From Escherichia virus TH43, in the sequence record MT446414.1: a stretch of 64,000 nt of DNA; one strand, written 5' to 3'. The translations under genes were made by a program, and so were the position numbers. A model generated the notes under the pieces. That model did not search any database and was not told where the DNA came from. It saw only the letters and a program-made list of their open reading frames with translations. Of this stretch, positions 47,113-56,271 are shown one piece after another. Within the stretch, counting starts at the first letter, position 1. Every line of letters begins with the position of its first letter.

Positions 47113-47293
47113 GAAAACGTGCCTACTCTGAAGAAGAAATGGTTAACCTGAAAGGCTTTGGTCAGCGACAGCCTGATGGCTCAGTTATCTGGTACATTAA
47201 CGGACAGAAAAAGGCAAGTAAATAAGCCCTCTTCTCTCCTCCCTTTAGCTACTATGACGCCTCTCTTTTCGGCGCTGTTTTGGAGCTTCAAAA

Positions 47294-47707
47294 ATGGCTG
47301 GGAAACTCCCCAACGTAAGCAAGAAATTGGCCTACCTCACGTATAAAGAAAACATTGATCTTCTGGTCAAGCTTTATCCGGCTTCATTCAACAAGCAATT
47401 CCCTCTTCCTTTGGAGCTTAACATCCATAAGGAAATAGCCCGTAAGACCGGTTGGTCAGCGGAGAAAACAAGCATGGTGCTCAACATCTGGACTACTCGT
47501 ATGGAGTATGTGATGATGGCCTGTAGCACTGGTAAACGCTTCAAGCTGCACTCTGTAGCTATGAAGATTCGTAGTCCTATTGACCCTGAGCCAATGGCTG
47601 GGTTCAGCAGCCGTCTGAAATCTTTCCGTGATCGTGGTCGTGTAGTGAAGTTTAAGCACGACTTCTCTTATAAGTTTGGATACGAAGCGTTCCAATTCGT
47701 TGTTTAA
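47294..47707 (+). CDS. FinO/ProQ-like RNA-binding protein
   Basis: LYPASFNKQFPLPLELNIHKEIA ... LNIWTT ... GKRFKLHS parallels the ProQ N-terminal FinO-domain pattern; GGAG upstream of ATG. Confidence 0.5.
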   Translation: MAGKLPNVSKKLAYLTYKENIDLLVKLYPASFNKQFPLPLELNIHKEIARKTGWSAEKTSMVLNIWTTRMEYVMMACSTGKRFKLHSVAMKIRSPIDPEPMAGFSSRLKSFRDRGRVVKFKHDFSYKFGYEAFQFVV

Positions 47708-47735
47708 TCTCTCTTTAATATAAGGTAATAGAAAC

Positions 47736-47969
47736 ATGTCTAAAGTTAGCGCAATTGATGCCATCCGCCAGCCGTTCCAGTTCCAGTCCAAATCAACCCA
47801 AACCTTCAGCGAACCTCGCCAGATTCGTCTGGGCGGCACAGAGAAATCTGTGTTTGATATTGCGAAAAATAAAAGCGTGACCATCGTCGAAGGTGGTGAG
47901 CTGGTTAATGTTTCCCATCGTATCCGCACTGGTAAAACTGCCAAAGATCGTGCTAAGAAAGGTCTGTAA
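47736..47969 (+). CDS. hypothetical protein, 77 aa
   Basis: ATG with AAGGTAA upstream. Confidence 0.45.
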   Translation: MSKVSAIDAIRQPFQFQSKSTQTFSEPRQIRLGGTEKSVFDIAKNKSVTIVEGGELVNVSHRIRTGKTAKDRAKKGL

Positions 47970-48220
47970 TGCAAATTGCTAATAAAACCCCTCCTGAATC
48001 AATTATCCAAGTAAAGGATATGTCACCGGGAGATGTATTTCGTGCAACGGAATATCCGGGGGATTTCTTTATTCGAATCCCCTCAGCATCTGTTGGTGGT
48101 ATCGCTAAACCGGTAACAGCAGTTCAGCTAAGTACGGGTCATCTCTTCCGTTTAGAGATTGATATGATTGTGATTCCTGTTCCAACAGCAATCCTCCGCT
48201 TCGACGGAGCCACAGAGTAA
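47969..48220 (+). CDS. small protein, PGDVF-motif family member 6
   Basis: VKDMSPGDVFRA motif; followed by repeat copy B, as member 2 is followed by copy A. Confidence 0.5.
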   Translation: MQIANKTPPESIIQVKDMSPGDVFRATEYPGDFFIRIPSASVGGIAKPVTAVQLSTGHLFRLEIDMIVIPVPTAILRFDGATE

Positions 48221-48354
48221 CATCTATAGCCCTTGTGAGTATCAGAGGGCTATGTGAGCTATTCTGGCTCAACTAACCTAAACTTAATTTAATCTTACCC
48301 GTATGGGGCCGATGCTAGGGAGAGGAACAGTCCTCGAACATCCGTCGGATAGAA
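48221..48354 (+). repeat. conserved structured intergenic element, copy B
   Basis: Hairpin ATAGCCCT-12nt-AGGGCTAT (48226-48253) nearly identical to copy A; second hairpin GAGGA..TCCTC covaries with GAGAC..GTCTC of copy A. Confidence 0.6.
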
Positions 48355-48461
48355 TATTTTAAGAGCAGGTTATCCACAGATATTGGGTGATATCTATTTA
48401 ATTGGCCTTAAAGCTTGGCTCTCTTAGGAGAGTCCTTTTTTAAGTTCAAAGAAGAGGTTGT

Positions 48462-48629
48462 ATGGATAATAAGTTGAAAGTTAAGTTCTTATTGGCAGCA
48501 ATCTTTATTTGCTTAGCCACCGTGGGGTTTGCCCGTGTGACTTCCTTTGTATCTTGTGAATTAAGCAAGAACAACAGAGGGTCTTATAACTGGCTTACCA
48601 ATCAATGTGATAAACAGGAGAAGTTATGA
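48462..48629 (+). CDS. small secreted protein, 55 aa
   Basis: Signal-peptide-like N-terminus; GAAGAGG upstream; ATGA-type overlap with next gene. Confidence 0.35.
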   Translation: MDNKLKVKFLLAAIFICLATVGFARVTSFVSCELSKNNRGSYNWLTNQCDKQEKL

Positions 48630-48988
48630 ACCTACGCCCCATCAAAGGCCATGTGAACCTGTCTACGCTGCATAAAGTAGCAAATGATTTGGGTGGCATG
48701 GACGAGAATGATTTGGAGCAGCAATTGCTCTGGATTGCTCATGGCATCAAGGCGGCAAAGGCCAAAATGGCTCGTGCACAAAGCAAGTTAAAGGCGAATA
48801 AATATCTTATTCGTCGTCGTAATACCTTACCTCAGGATGTGGTGAGTTTGGCTGTGGCAGGATACAATGCAGCAGAGGTAGAACTTCAGGAAGCAGAATT
48901 CGAAAAAATGCGCTTCCAAGAAAACTACCGAAACTTCCGTAGCATTGCCTACATTCGCAAATCTCTGGGCCTTCTGGTAGCAGAGTAA
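48626..48988 (+). CDS. hypothetical protein, 120 aa
   Basis: ORF with GGAG upstream. Confidence 0.5.
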   Translation: MNLRPIKGHVNLSTLHKVANDLGGMDENDLEQQLLWIAHGIKAAKAKMARAQSKLKANKYLIRRRNTLPQDVVSLAVAGYNAAEVELQEAEFEKMRFQENYRNFRSIAYIRKSLGLLVAE

Positions 48989-48999
48989 AGAGGTAAAAG

Positions 49000-50220
49000 A
49001 TGTTCCCTGTAACACTTCAAAGCTGGAAAGAATCAGAAGATGTTGTAACCGTCTGGCCTCCTTGTTATGGTTTCCTTAAAGCAGGTTACTATCAGGGTGG
49101 TGATTATGATGAAGATGATGAAGACGGTGATCCTGACTACTACAACACGTATGACAGCAACTACGGCTGGAATATCCGCATCAAGGTGTGGAGTACAAAT
49201 ATGATGGTTCGTCAAGGCACTGCTGAAGAGAATGTTCTTGAGAATATGTTGCCTATGTCTGAAATCAAGTATATCTGGAACTCCGGAACACATCTTCCAG
49301 CTCACGGTGTAAGACGTTATGGTGATACTGAATATATCGCTACTCAGTATTTCCGTGAAGGGTTAGAAAATGAAGACCCTCGTCCTCCTTCTCATGTAGA
49401 AACATGGGCAGAAGAAAACAACCGTCCTGACATCACTGATCGTGTTGTTATGGAAACCTTTGCAGCATTTATGGACAAAGACTCTGACTCATGTCTGGTG
49501 TGGCATGAAGTGGGGTTCATGGGTGTTTGCACTGATGGCTGTCCCGCTGATCGTGCTCTGTTCTATCTGATGTTGAATCGCACATTCTATACAGATGATG
49601 AAAAATCTGCTGTGTATGAAATGTTGAACAAGATGTATAAGAAGGGCTGGTCTCCTTTAGCCTCTCTTGCATTCAGCCGACTGATCAACTCTTCAGTGGA
49701 TGTGTTCGGTAACGAACGTGTTGCTTTAACAGGGAATGATTACGATTCCTGTATCTTCCAAGCATCTCTGTATACAGTGGGTGTTGGTAGTACAATGGTT
49801 GAGCCTCGCCAGACCAAATGGCGACAGTGTGAATACACTGAAGGTGAAGGTCATCTTCGTGATGAAGACTTCTCCAGTCTGATCTATCGCAGTGAAGGTG
49901 TTCGTGATTGTCGAGTGAACAACTCGATGTTCTTGCCAATCCTTTTGCCTCAATATTGCCATCTGTCGGAAGATACCCGCCCAATCATCACAGAAAAGTC
50001 ACTCTTGGTTGAATTTATCCGAGAGGTGGCTGAATCTGAAACATCTTTTGCTAAAATTGTGTTCGGTTATAACTGGAACAATGAAACAGCTTCAGCTCGA
50101 AGCTACAACATGTATAACATTATCAGTAGTATGTCCAATGGACTGACAGGTAGTAATTATACAGTACGTCCCTCAGAAGAGTGGGAAAACATTTTGGAAA
50201 AATTATTCTTCAATAAATAG
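49000..50220 (+). CDS. hypothetical protein, 406 aa (first gene of enzyme cluster)
   Basis: Acidic N-terminal stretch; AAAGAGG upstream; no motif recognised. Confidence 0.55.
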   Translation: MFPVTLQSWKESEDVVTVWPPCYGFLKAGYYQGGDYDEDDEDGDPDYYNTYDSNYGWNIRIKVWSTNMMVRQGTAEENVLENMLPMSEIKYIWNSGTHLPAHGVRRYGDTEYIATQYFREGLENEDPRPPSHVETWAEENNRPDITDRVVMETFAAFMDKDSDSCLVWHEVGFMGVCTDGCPADRALFYLMLNRTFYTDDEKSAVYEMLNKMYKKGWSPLASLAFSRLINSSVDVFGNERVALTGNDYDSCIFQASLYTVGVGSTMVEPRQTKWRQCEYTEGEGHLRDEDFSSLIYRSEGVRDCRVNNSMFLPILLPQYCHLSEDTRPIITEKSLLVEFIREVAESETSFAKIVFGYNWNNETASARSYNMYNIISSMSNGLTGSNYTVRPSEEWENILEKLFFNK

Positions 50221-50228
50221 AGGCGAAT

Positions 50229-51179
50229 ATGTCAATCTCCGCATCGACTGCTCCGGTAACACCATCAGAGGACTTTGGTGAGTCAGTGTTCAGAGGGCGA
50301 GCTTGTTTTGGTACTTTCAACTGTCAGCATATGTATGCTGTTACAGACATTAATGGCGACAGTATCAATCTCTCAAGCCTTCGTGATAGAACTTCAGAAG
50401 TTGGAGTTATCAACTTCTGGCCTCACAATTTTTATGGCGTACCAGCTAAAGATATCGAAAGAGCTTTAGTTGAAGCAACAGACATTTTTAACTCAATGTC
50501 TTGCTATAAAAACATGTTCTCTGTCACTTCGGTGAACTCAGTTGCCGTGAACCTTCGAGACCACCCAGCAGACAAGGTGTTTACTGGATTAATGACCCTC
50601 CGTAGTTATCTGGATGGGGATTTTATGGGAATGGAGTTCCTTCAGGAAGGCGTTCAAGACAAGGAAGAGTTACTCAAGCGACAACGAATCGGCTTAGCTT
50701 TACGCTTAGCTGGTTTAAGTCGTAACTTCTTTGGTCGTTGGGATTATTCACATGATGTGGATACTGATGATGAATCAGCAGCGACCTATTTTACTGGCGA
50801 AATGAGTGCAATTGCATTCTTGCCACTGGTCTGTACCACTGACGAATTTTCTGAAAACGTATGGGTTCAGAACGTGTTCGGTGTTGGTGATAACAGAGAT
50901 GGTTATGTACGAAACCATAATGACGGAGTTCTTCGTAGTATGGCTCGTCGTCGTGACCAAGACCCTGACTATTACGAGAGTATGAGTGAGTGGTTGCGTC
51001 TCTGGTCAATGTGTGCAGGCCATAAACGTGAAGTATTAGATCAGCGTATGGACAGAATTACTGTTCGCAGTTTTATTGAACGCTTGATGCAAGCAGTACC
51101 TTCCTCAATGACACCAGAAGAAGCTGGTGCCCGTGTTGTTTCCCTTTTTGATGAACTTGTGGAGTATTACAATGACTAA
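50229..51179 (+). CDS. hypothetical protein, 316 aa
   Basis: Co-linear, tightly spaced with neighbours; no motif. Confidence 0.55.
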   Translation: MSISASTAPVTPSEDFGESVFRGRACFGTFNCQHMYAVTDINGDSINLSSLRDRTSEVGVINFWPHNFYGVPAKDIERALVEATDIFNSMSCYKNMFSVTSVNSVAVNLRDHPADKVFTGLMTLRSYLDGDFMGMEFLQEGVQDKEELLKRQRIGLALRLAGLSRNFFGRWDYSHDVDTDDESAATYFTGEMSAIAFLPLVCTTDEFSENVWVQNVFGVGDNRDGYVRNHNDGVLRSMARRRDQDPDYYESMSEWLRLWSMCAGHKREVLDQRMDRITVRSFIERLMQAVPSSMTPEEAGARVVSLFDELVEYYND

Positions 51180-51978
51180 GCGTGCTTTCCTTATTGGTTC
51201 TGACCCTGAAATGTTTGTTCGTACTGCTTCTGGTGTTATCACCTCTGTGGCTGGTAAGCTGGGCTGTTCTAAAGATAACAAAATTGATCTGGCCCCTGAT
51301 GTTCGTCTTCAAGAAGACAACGTTCTGGCTGAATTCGATATTAACCCACAGAAAGGGTTCGAAGCGTTTGATGATAACATCCAGCGTGGTATTGATCTGA
51401 CCAACAAAGTTCTTAATGAACGTGGTATGGAAGCTGCACTTGGGATTAGTTCTCATGTGTACACTTCTGAAGAGCTGCAATCATTCCATCCATCAGCCTT
51501 TGTGTTTGGCTGTACTCCTGATTTCAACGCCTTCACTGGTCAGAAAAACCCATCTCCGGTAGCGACAGACAAAGGTCTTCGTACTGCTGGCGGTCACGTA
51601 CACCTCGGTGTTGCAGGGTCTTTGGAAGTAACTCGACAGACTCAGATGATGCTGGGTGTTCTGTGTGATTACTTCTTGTCACTTCCAGCGGTAATTATGG
51701 ATAAGGACACTCGTCGTAAAGAGCTTTACGGCAAGGCATCTGCTATTCGTTATAAAGATTATGGTATTGAATACCGTTCTCTGTCGAACTTCTGGATTGG
51801 TGAACAGTCCACTCGTAAGTTTGTTTACGATCAAGTTGATAAGGTTATTCAGGGCTGTGATATGGAAATTCTCATGTCTCTGCACTCCCGTCTGCCTATC
51901 GAAAAGCTTCACAACATCATCAATAGCAACGATGTTAAAGAAGCGGATAAGTTCTCCTCTAAACTCCAGATTATCTAA
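51172..51978 (+). CDS. amidoligase-like protein (GCS2 / glutamine-synthetase-like fold), paralog A
   Basis: N-terminal LIGSDPEMFV and central GGHVHLGV resemble carboxylate-amine ligase metal/ATP motifs; ATG 51172 with GGAG upstream. Confidence 0.45.
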   Translation: MTKRAFLIGSDPEMFVRTASGVITSVAGKLGCSKDNKIDLAPDVRLQEDNVLAEFDINPQKGFEAFDDNIQRGIDLTNKVLNERGMEAALGISSHVYTSEELQSFHPSAFVFGCTPDFNAFTGQKNPSPVATDKGLRTAGGHVHLGVAGSLEVTRQTQMMLGVLCDYFLSLPAVIMDKDTRRKELYGKASAIRYKDYGIEYRSLSNFWIGEQSTRKFVYDQVDKVIQGCDMEILMSLHSRLPIEKLHNIINSNDVKEADKFSSKLQII

Positions 51979-51987
51979 GGTGTTATC

Positions 51988-52614
51988 GTGAGCCTGTTAA
52001 GAGATTTTCAGCATTATTATTGCGGAACATGGATTGCCCAACGTGCAGAACGAGGGATTAATTTACCTCTTTATGTACTCAACGTGAACCAAGCAAACCG
52101 CTTTGGAGAAGATGACTTCTCTCACGAAGCAGAAATGGCCTTAACTTTTGAAGTTGAACGCTGGTCTAAGAACGCCGAAGGGCAGTTTGAACGACAGGTT
52201 GTTCAGGGCATTCCTGTGTTTGATCAAAGCCTTATTCTGGAATCTCCAGATGTGGGATACTTACAACACGGCAACAACATGGTAAGCTGGACTCATATCA
52301 ACCCTGTTCGTCAGCGAGCTAAAGGTCTGATGGGGAACAAATTACGTGGTGCACCTCCTTCAATGGGTCGTTCGATTCCGGGAGAGCTGGTGTATAATCT
52401 GTTTAATCCTGACTTCGAAGGTCTGGTTACTCGCTTCATCTACATCAACCCTGTCGATGGTAAAGTTTATTACAAAGGGGCACTTGTAGGTCAAGTTGAT
52501 CTTTCTGCTGGTTACGGCGACAATGGTCGTCAATCTTTAAATCTTCTGGAGAAGTTCAAGCATATTTCTTCAGATCTGTCATCATATAATGTAGAGTTGG
52601 TGGAAACGTTATGA
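51988..52614 (+). CDS. hypothetical protein, 208 aa
   Basis: GTG start with AAGGTG upstream; stop overlaps next start. Confidence 0.5.
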   Translation: MSLLRDFQHYYCGTWIAQRAERGINLPLYVLNVNQANRFGEDDFSHEAEMALTFEVERWSKNAEGQFERQVVQGIPVFDQSLILESPDVGYLQHGNNMVSWTHINPVRQRAKGLMGNKLRGAPPSMGRSIPGELVYNLFNPDFEGLVTRFIYINPVDGKVYYKGALVGQVDLSAGYGDNGRQSLNLLEKFKHISSDLSSYNVELVETL

Positions 52615-53711
52615 CAACCGTAGCACAAGTTTTTGGATACCGTAATGCTCGTCTGGCTGAGCCGCACCCAAGCATCGCTTTTCAGTGTGGTATTGGCATC
52701 GAGCTGGAAGTTGAAGGAACCTCTGAAATTGATGCAGACCTTTGGGTTTGTACTGAAGATGGTTCACTTCGTGATGGCTGTGAGATGGTTTGTGCACGGC
52801 CTTATAACGGTGTAGAATTGCTTAGTGCTATTAACAATCTGAGTGAAGCAGTACAAGACTCTGAAGCTGAAGGGACTTGGCGCTGCTCTACTCACGTTCA
52901 TATGGATATGCGTGACGCTGATAGTAACATCCTGAAGAAAGTAATTCTTGGATGGACGTTCTATGAAAAGATGATGTTCAAATGTTCTGGATACCATCGC
53001 TATCGTAGCAACTTCTGTCCTGCCTTTGCTGTTGTTCAAGCACAGGTAATGAATGCTTCCGCAGCGTTCAACCGAGATGGTGAAGCCTTCTTCAATACTC
53101 TTGTTAATAGCTGGGACAAGTACACCTCCCTTAACCTATTACCTCTGGCTCAGTTTGGTTCTGTTGAATTTCGTATCTCAGAGCCAAAGTGGAAGAAAAG
53201 CCAACTCCTTAATCTGGTCAACCGCTTCTTGGTTCTCAAGAAACTAGCTGTTGAGTATGCAGATTTGGACAATGAAGCATATGTTGAGAAACTGAATGAG
53301 CTACGCTTCGCTCCTATGATTCAGTATCTGCCTCTGGACTACACACCTAATGATGATGACCTGACTGGCGGTTATCGTTTGGCTCGTGATATTCTGTTCT
53401 GTCGTGAACATTCTGTTACTCTGGTTGGTCGTGTTCGTGTACAGCAGACTGGACCTGATGGTGAAATCCTTATCAACTTGCGTGACATGGGTGACTTCTA
53501 CGGTTTCTTGGGATATGTACGAGGTAATGCTAACTCTGTTTATGAAGAGATCATGACCTATTACACCCCTCAGATTGAAAACACTCGAATCGCAACGGTT
53601 CGTGAAATTCGTCACATGTTTGCTCTGATGCGTGAATCAGGTAGCAGTGATAATAACATCACCGATTACATTCCAGACCATCTGGAAATGCAATTAGAAC
53701 GACTGCTGTAA
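52611..53711 (+). CDS. amidoligase (GCS2-like carboxylate-amine ligase), paralog B
   Basis: GIGIELEVEG near N-terminus and CSTHVHMDM downstream, the E-x-E ... H-V-H arrangement of GCS2-type ligases. Confidence 0.5.
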   Translation: MTTVAQVFGYRNARLAEPHPSIAFQCGIGIELEVEGTSEIDADLWVCTEDGSLRDGCEMVCARPYNGVELLSAINNLSEAVQDSEAEGTWRCSTHVHMDMRDADSNILKKVILGWTFYEKMMFKCSGYHRYRSNFCPAFAVVQAQVMNASAAFNRDGEAFFNTLVNSWDKYTSLNLLPLAQFGSVEFRISEPKWKKSQLLNLVNRFLVLKKLAVEYADLDNEAYVEKLNELRFAPMIQYLPLDYTPNDDDLTGGYRLARDILFCREHSVTLVGRVRVQQTGPDGEILINLRDMGDFYGFLGYVRGNANSVYEEIMTYYTPQIENTRIATVREIRHMFALMRESGSSDNNITDYIPDHLEMQLERLL

Positions 53712-53818
53712 CACAATGGGCGCTCTGATAAAGGGCGCATTTAAAGGTTAATTAGATGAAAGGGTTTACCCTTCAGGTGGATTAGAAAATTTGTGGTATC
53801 GTATTAGCTGGGGGCAAC

Positions 53819-55822
53819 ATGACCTCCACAGACTTAGACGTATTCAACCAGCTTCTGTATGCTGGGGTCTTCCGTGGTCAGCACTCAACTGGTGTGTTCG
53901 GTCAGCGTAAAGGTGATGAAAAAGTATTTTCTTATAAAGAAGCACTTCCTTCCTATGCCTTCATGCTCCAGACAGGGTACACGAATCTTACTAAGGGGCT
54001 TACGAACTATGTAGTTCCTCCATCGTGGATTGTTGGTCATAGCCGACATGCCACACGTGGTGCTGTCAATGCTCGAAATGCTCACCCATTCTCTCATGGT
54101 GACATTACTCTGGTTCATAATGGTACACTGTTAGATCAGGAACTGTTACCAGATCATAAGAATTTCGAAGTTGATAGCGAAAACATCTGTCATTCAATCA
54201 ACACCATCGGCGCAGCAGAGACTATCCAGAAGTTGGATGGTGCGTTCACTTTAATCTGGCATGACGCCAAAGACAATACTCTGCATATCATTCGTAACGA
54301 TGAACGTCCTTTCCATCTGGCCCGTTGTGGTCTGGATTGGTTTGGTGCTTCTGAAGAAGATATGTTGATGTGGATTCTTAATCGTTCCAAGTCACACAAG
54401 AACCGTATCAATGATCACTTTGAGTGTAAAGTGGGAACTGAATACATCTTTGATTTGTCTGGCAACCGTATGACTCTGACTCAAGAGGTGGAGCACAAGC
54501 TTCCGGTTTTTACGGTAACGAGTCGCTGGGGCGGCTATTACTCGAACTCCTCTCTATATCAGAACCAACAGACAAACAAGTCAAGCAGCAGCACAAGCGA
54601 CATTTACGGAAACAAAGACGACAAGCCCGGCGTGACAAGCGGGGACATTCGTCGTCGTAAAGCGATTGAAGATCAGAATAAACTGGCTGCCGATCGTGGT
54701 CTTCCGTATCGTCGTGACGGTCGTGTGGATATCATCCCTCACGAGTTCCACGCTTACAACAACACTGACCGTGGTAAGATGGTTGGTTATATTTATGATG
54801 ATGCTGCTCAAGAGTATGTTGAGGGTGATGTTCATAATGTAGCCAAGAGTGAATACTTGAAGGCTCTCGAAAACCCAAAGGTGGTGTATCGCGGGACGGT
54901 TGCTTGTATCTCCGAAGTGGACAGTATGATTCGCCTCGTACTCACTTCAGGGCTGTTTGTTGATGCTACCGATAAGGAGCCTCAAAGCACCACCGCTGAT
55001 TTTGATGATGATATCCCTTTTGATTTAGAAGACTCCTTCATCACTAAGAATGGTGTGGAAGTCACCCGTAAGTTCTGGGAATCACATTCTCATGGTGATT
55101 GTGGCGGTTGTGACAAGCACATTGAATGGAAAGATGCTAAGAAAGCTGTGTTCGCTTACCAAGCATATTGGCATCCGGCCTGTTTCGAAGCATTGTCCAA
55201 ACCGTCTGAAGAAGATGAAGACATTCCTTTGGGTGTCTGTGCTGTATGTGGCAATGTTAAAACTGATTTCGAGTTTGATAACGAAATGAGTAAACTTCGT
55301 GGTGAAGATATTTGTTATGTCTGTGCCAAAGAGATCAAAGACAAAGTGACTAACACTACATTGTCTGAAGGTTACATTTGGACTAAAGCAGTTGACACAA
55401 CCAACCCACGTCGCCCTGAAGTAGCAGTTCGTGTTGATCAGCGTATGCTTAGCCGAATGACTGTAATGGCTAGTTCAGCTAAACGTTCTGGTGATATTGA
55501 GCTGTCTGATGTTCCAAACTCTTATTTGGAAAAACGTGGTGGCGATACCTATGCCATCTCTGTTTATGGTCCAAAGAATGCCCCAAAGGAGGTGCCCGCT
55601 GAGAAAGCGGAAACATTTCCAGAAAAGCAAACAACTCTCCGAAAAACAGTTGTCAGTTACGACGGACAACGAACAGCTGAGTTCACAAAAGCCCTCTGGA
55701 CTTCAATTGGGTTTTGTGCAGTCTGTTATAAACAAATTCCGTGGCGTGATGCAGAAGTTTGCTCACTAAACAAAGAAAACAGGGTGATCTGTAATTCAGA
55801 TTACTGTAAAGGTAAACATTAA
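53819..55822 (+). CDS. class-II glutamine amidotransferase-like (Ntn fold) domain fused to a Cys-rich C-terminal module
   Basis: FRGQHSTG, GHSRHATRGAVNARNAHPF, VHNGTL, DSENICH align to conserved blocks of GlmS/AsnB-type GATase domains, but no N-terminal Cys; C-terminal half has several CxxC clusters. Confidence 0.55.
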   Translation: MTSTDLDVFNQLLYAGVFRGQHSTGVFGQRKGDEKVFSYKEALPSYAFMLQTGYTNLTKGLTNYVVPPSWIVGHSRHATRGAVNARNAHPFSHGDITLVHNGTLLDQELLPDHKNFEVDSENICHSINTIGAAETIQKLDGAFTLIWHDAKDNTLHIIRNDERPFHLARCGLDWFGASEEDMLMWILNRSKSHKNRINDHFECKVGTEYIFDLSGNRMTLTQEVEHKLPVFTVTSRWGGYYSNSSLYQNQQTNKSSSSTSDIYGNKDDKPGVTSGDIRRRKAIEDQNKLAADRGLPYRRDGRVDIIPHEFHAYNNTDRGKMVGYIYDDAAQEYVEGDVHNVAKSEYLKALENPKVVYRGTVACISEVDSMIRLVLTSGLFVDATDKEPQSTTADFDDDIPFDLEDSFITKNGVEVTRKFWESHSHGDCGGCDKHIEWKDAKKAVFAYQAYWHPACFEALSKPSEEDEDIPLGVCAVCGNVKTDFEFDNEMSKLRGEDICYVCAKEIKDKVTNTTLSEGYIWTKAVDTTNPRRPEVAVRVDQRMLSRMTVMASSAKRSGDIELSDVPNSYLEKRGGDTYAISVYGPKNAPKEVPAEKAETFPEKQTTLRKTVVSYDGQRTAEFTKALWTSIGFCAVCYKQIPWRDAEVCSLNKENRVICNSDYCKGKH

Positions 55823-55833
55823 GAGGTGAAGTT

Positions 55834-56067
55834 ATGGAAGTTCGTAAATTGATGTTGGATAACGTTGTAACCACTCGACGTATCCCAATGACAAGCACAG
55901 GATGTGACAACCTTCGAGCTATTCAGAAATGGATGCAAGAGGGTATTGGGGGACTGGTTAACTCTCCAGTTGAAATCCCTTTCCCAACCGTTATCAACAA
56001 CGTGTTGGCTGACTATGTGAAATTGAAGGGGATTAAAGTTGAGCCTCATGTCAAGCAAGGGAGCTAA
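55834..56067 (+). CDS. hypothetical protein, 77 aa
   Basis: ATG with GAGGTG upstream. Confidence 0.45.
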   Translation: MEVRKLMLDNVVTTRRIPMTSTGCDNLRAIQKWMQEGIGGLVNSPVEIPFPTVINNVLADYVKLKGIKVEPHVKQGS

Positions 56068-56269
56068 GCCTCACCTGACAATGCTGGAGTATCAACAACT
56101 CCGACTTCAACAACTGGTAACGGAGCAGCGAAAGCTGTATCCGTTTGCTTTTAACCTAATTGATTCACCAAGCGATGACCAAGAAGACGAGATGTTCGCC
56201 AAGTATTGGGAAATCGAAGTTAAAATTCAATCCTGTCGTAACGAAATTCTTAAACTAAAAGGTATCTAA
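56048..56269 (+). CDS. hypothetical acidic protein, about 73 aa
   Basis: Overlaps the previous ORF by 20 nt in another frame; start uncertain. Confidence 0.35.
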   Translation: MSSKGAKPHLTMLEYQQLRLQQLVTEQRKLYPFAFNLIDSPSDDQEDEMFAKYWEIEVKIQSCRNEILKLKGI

Positions 56270-56271
56270 AA

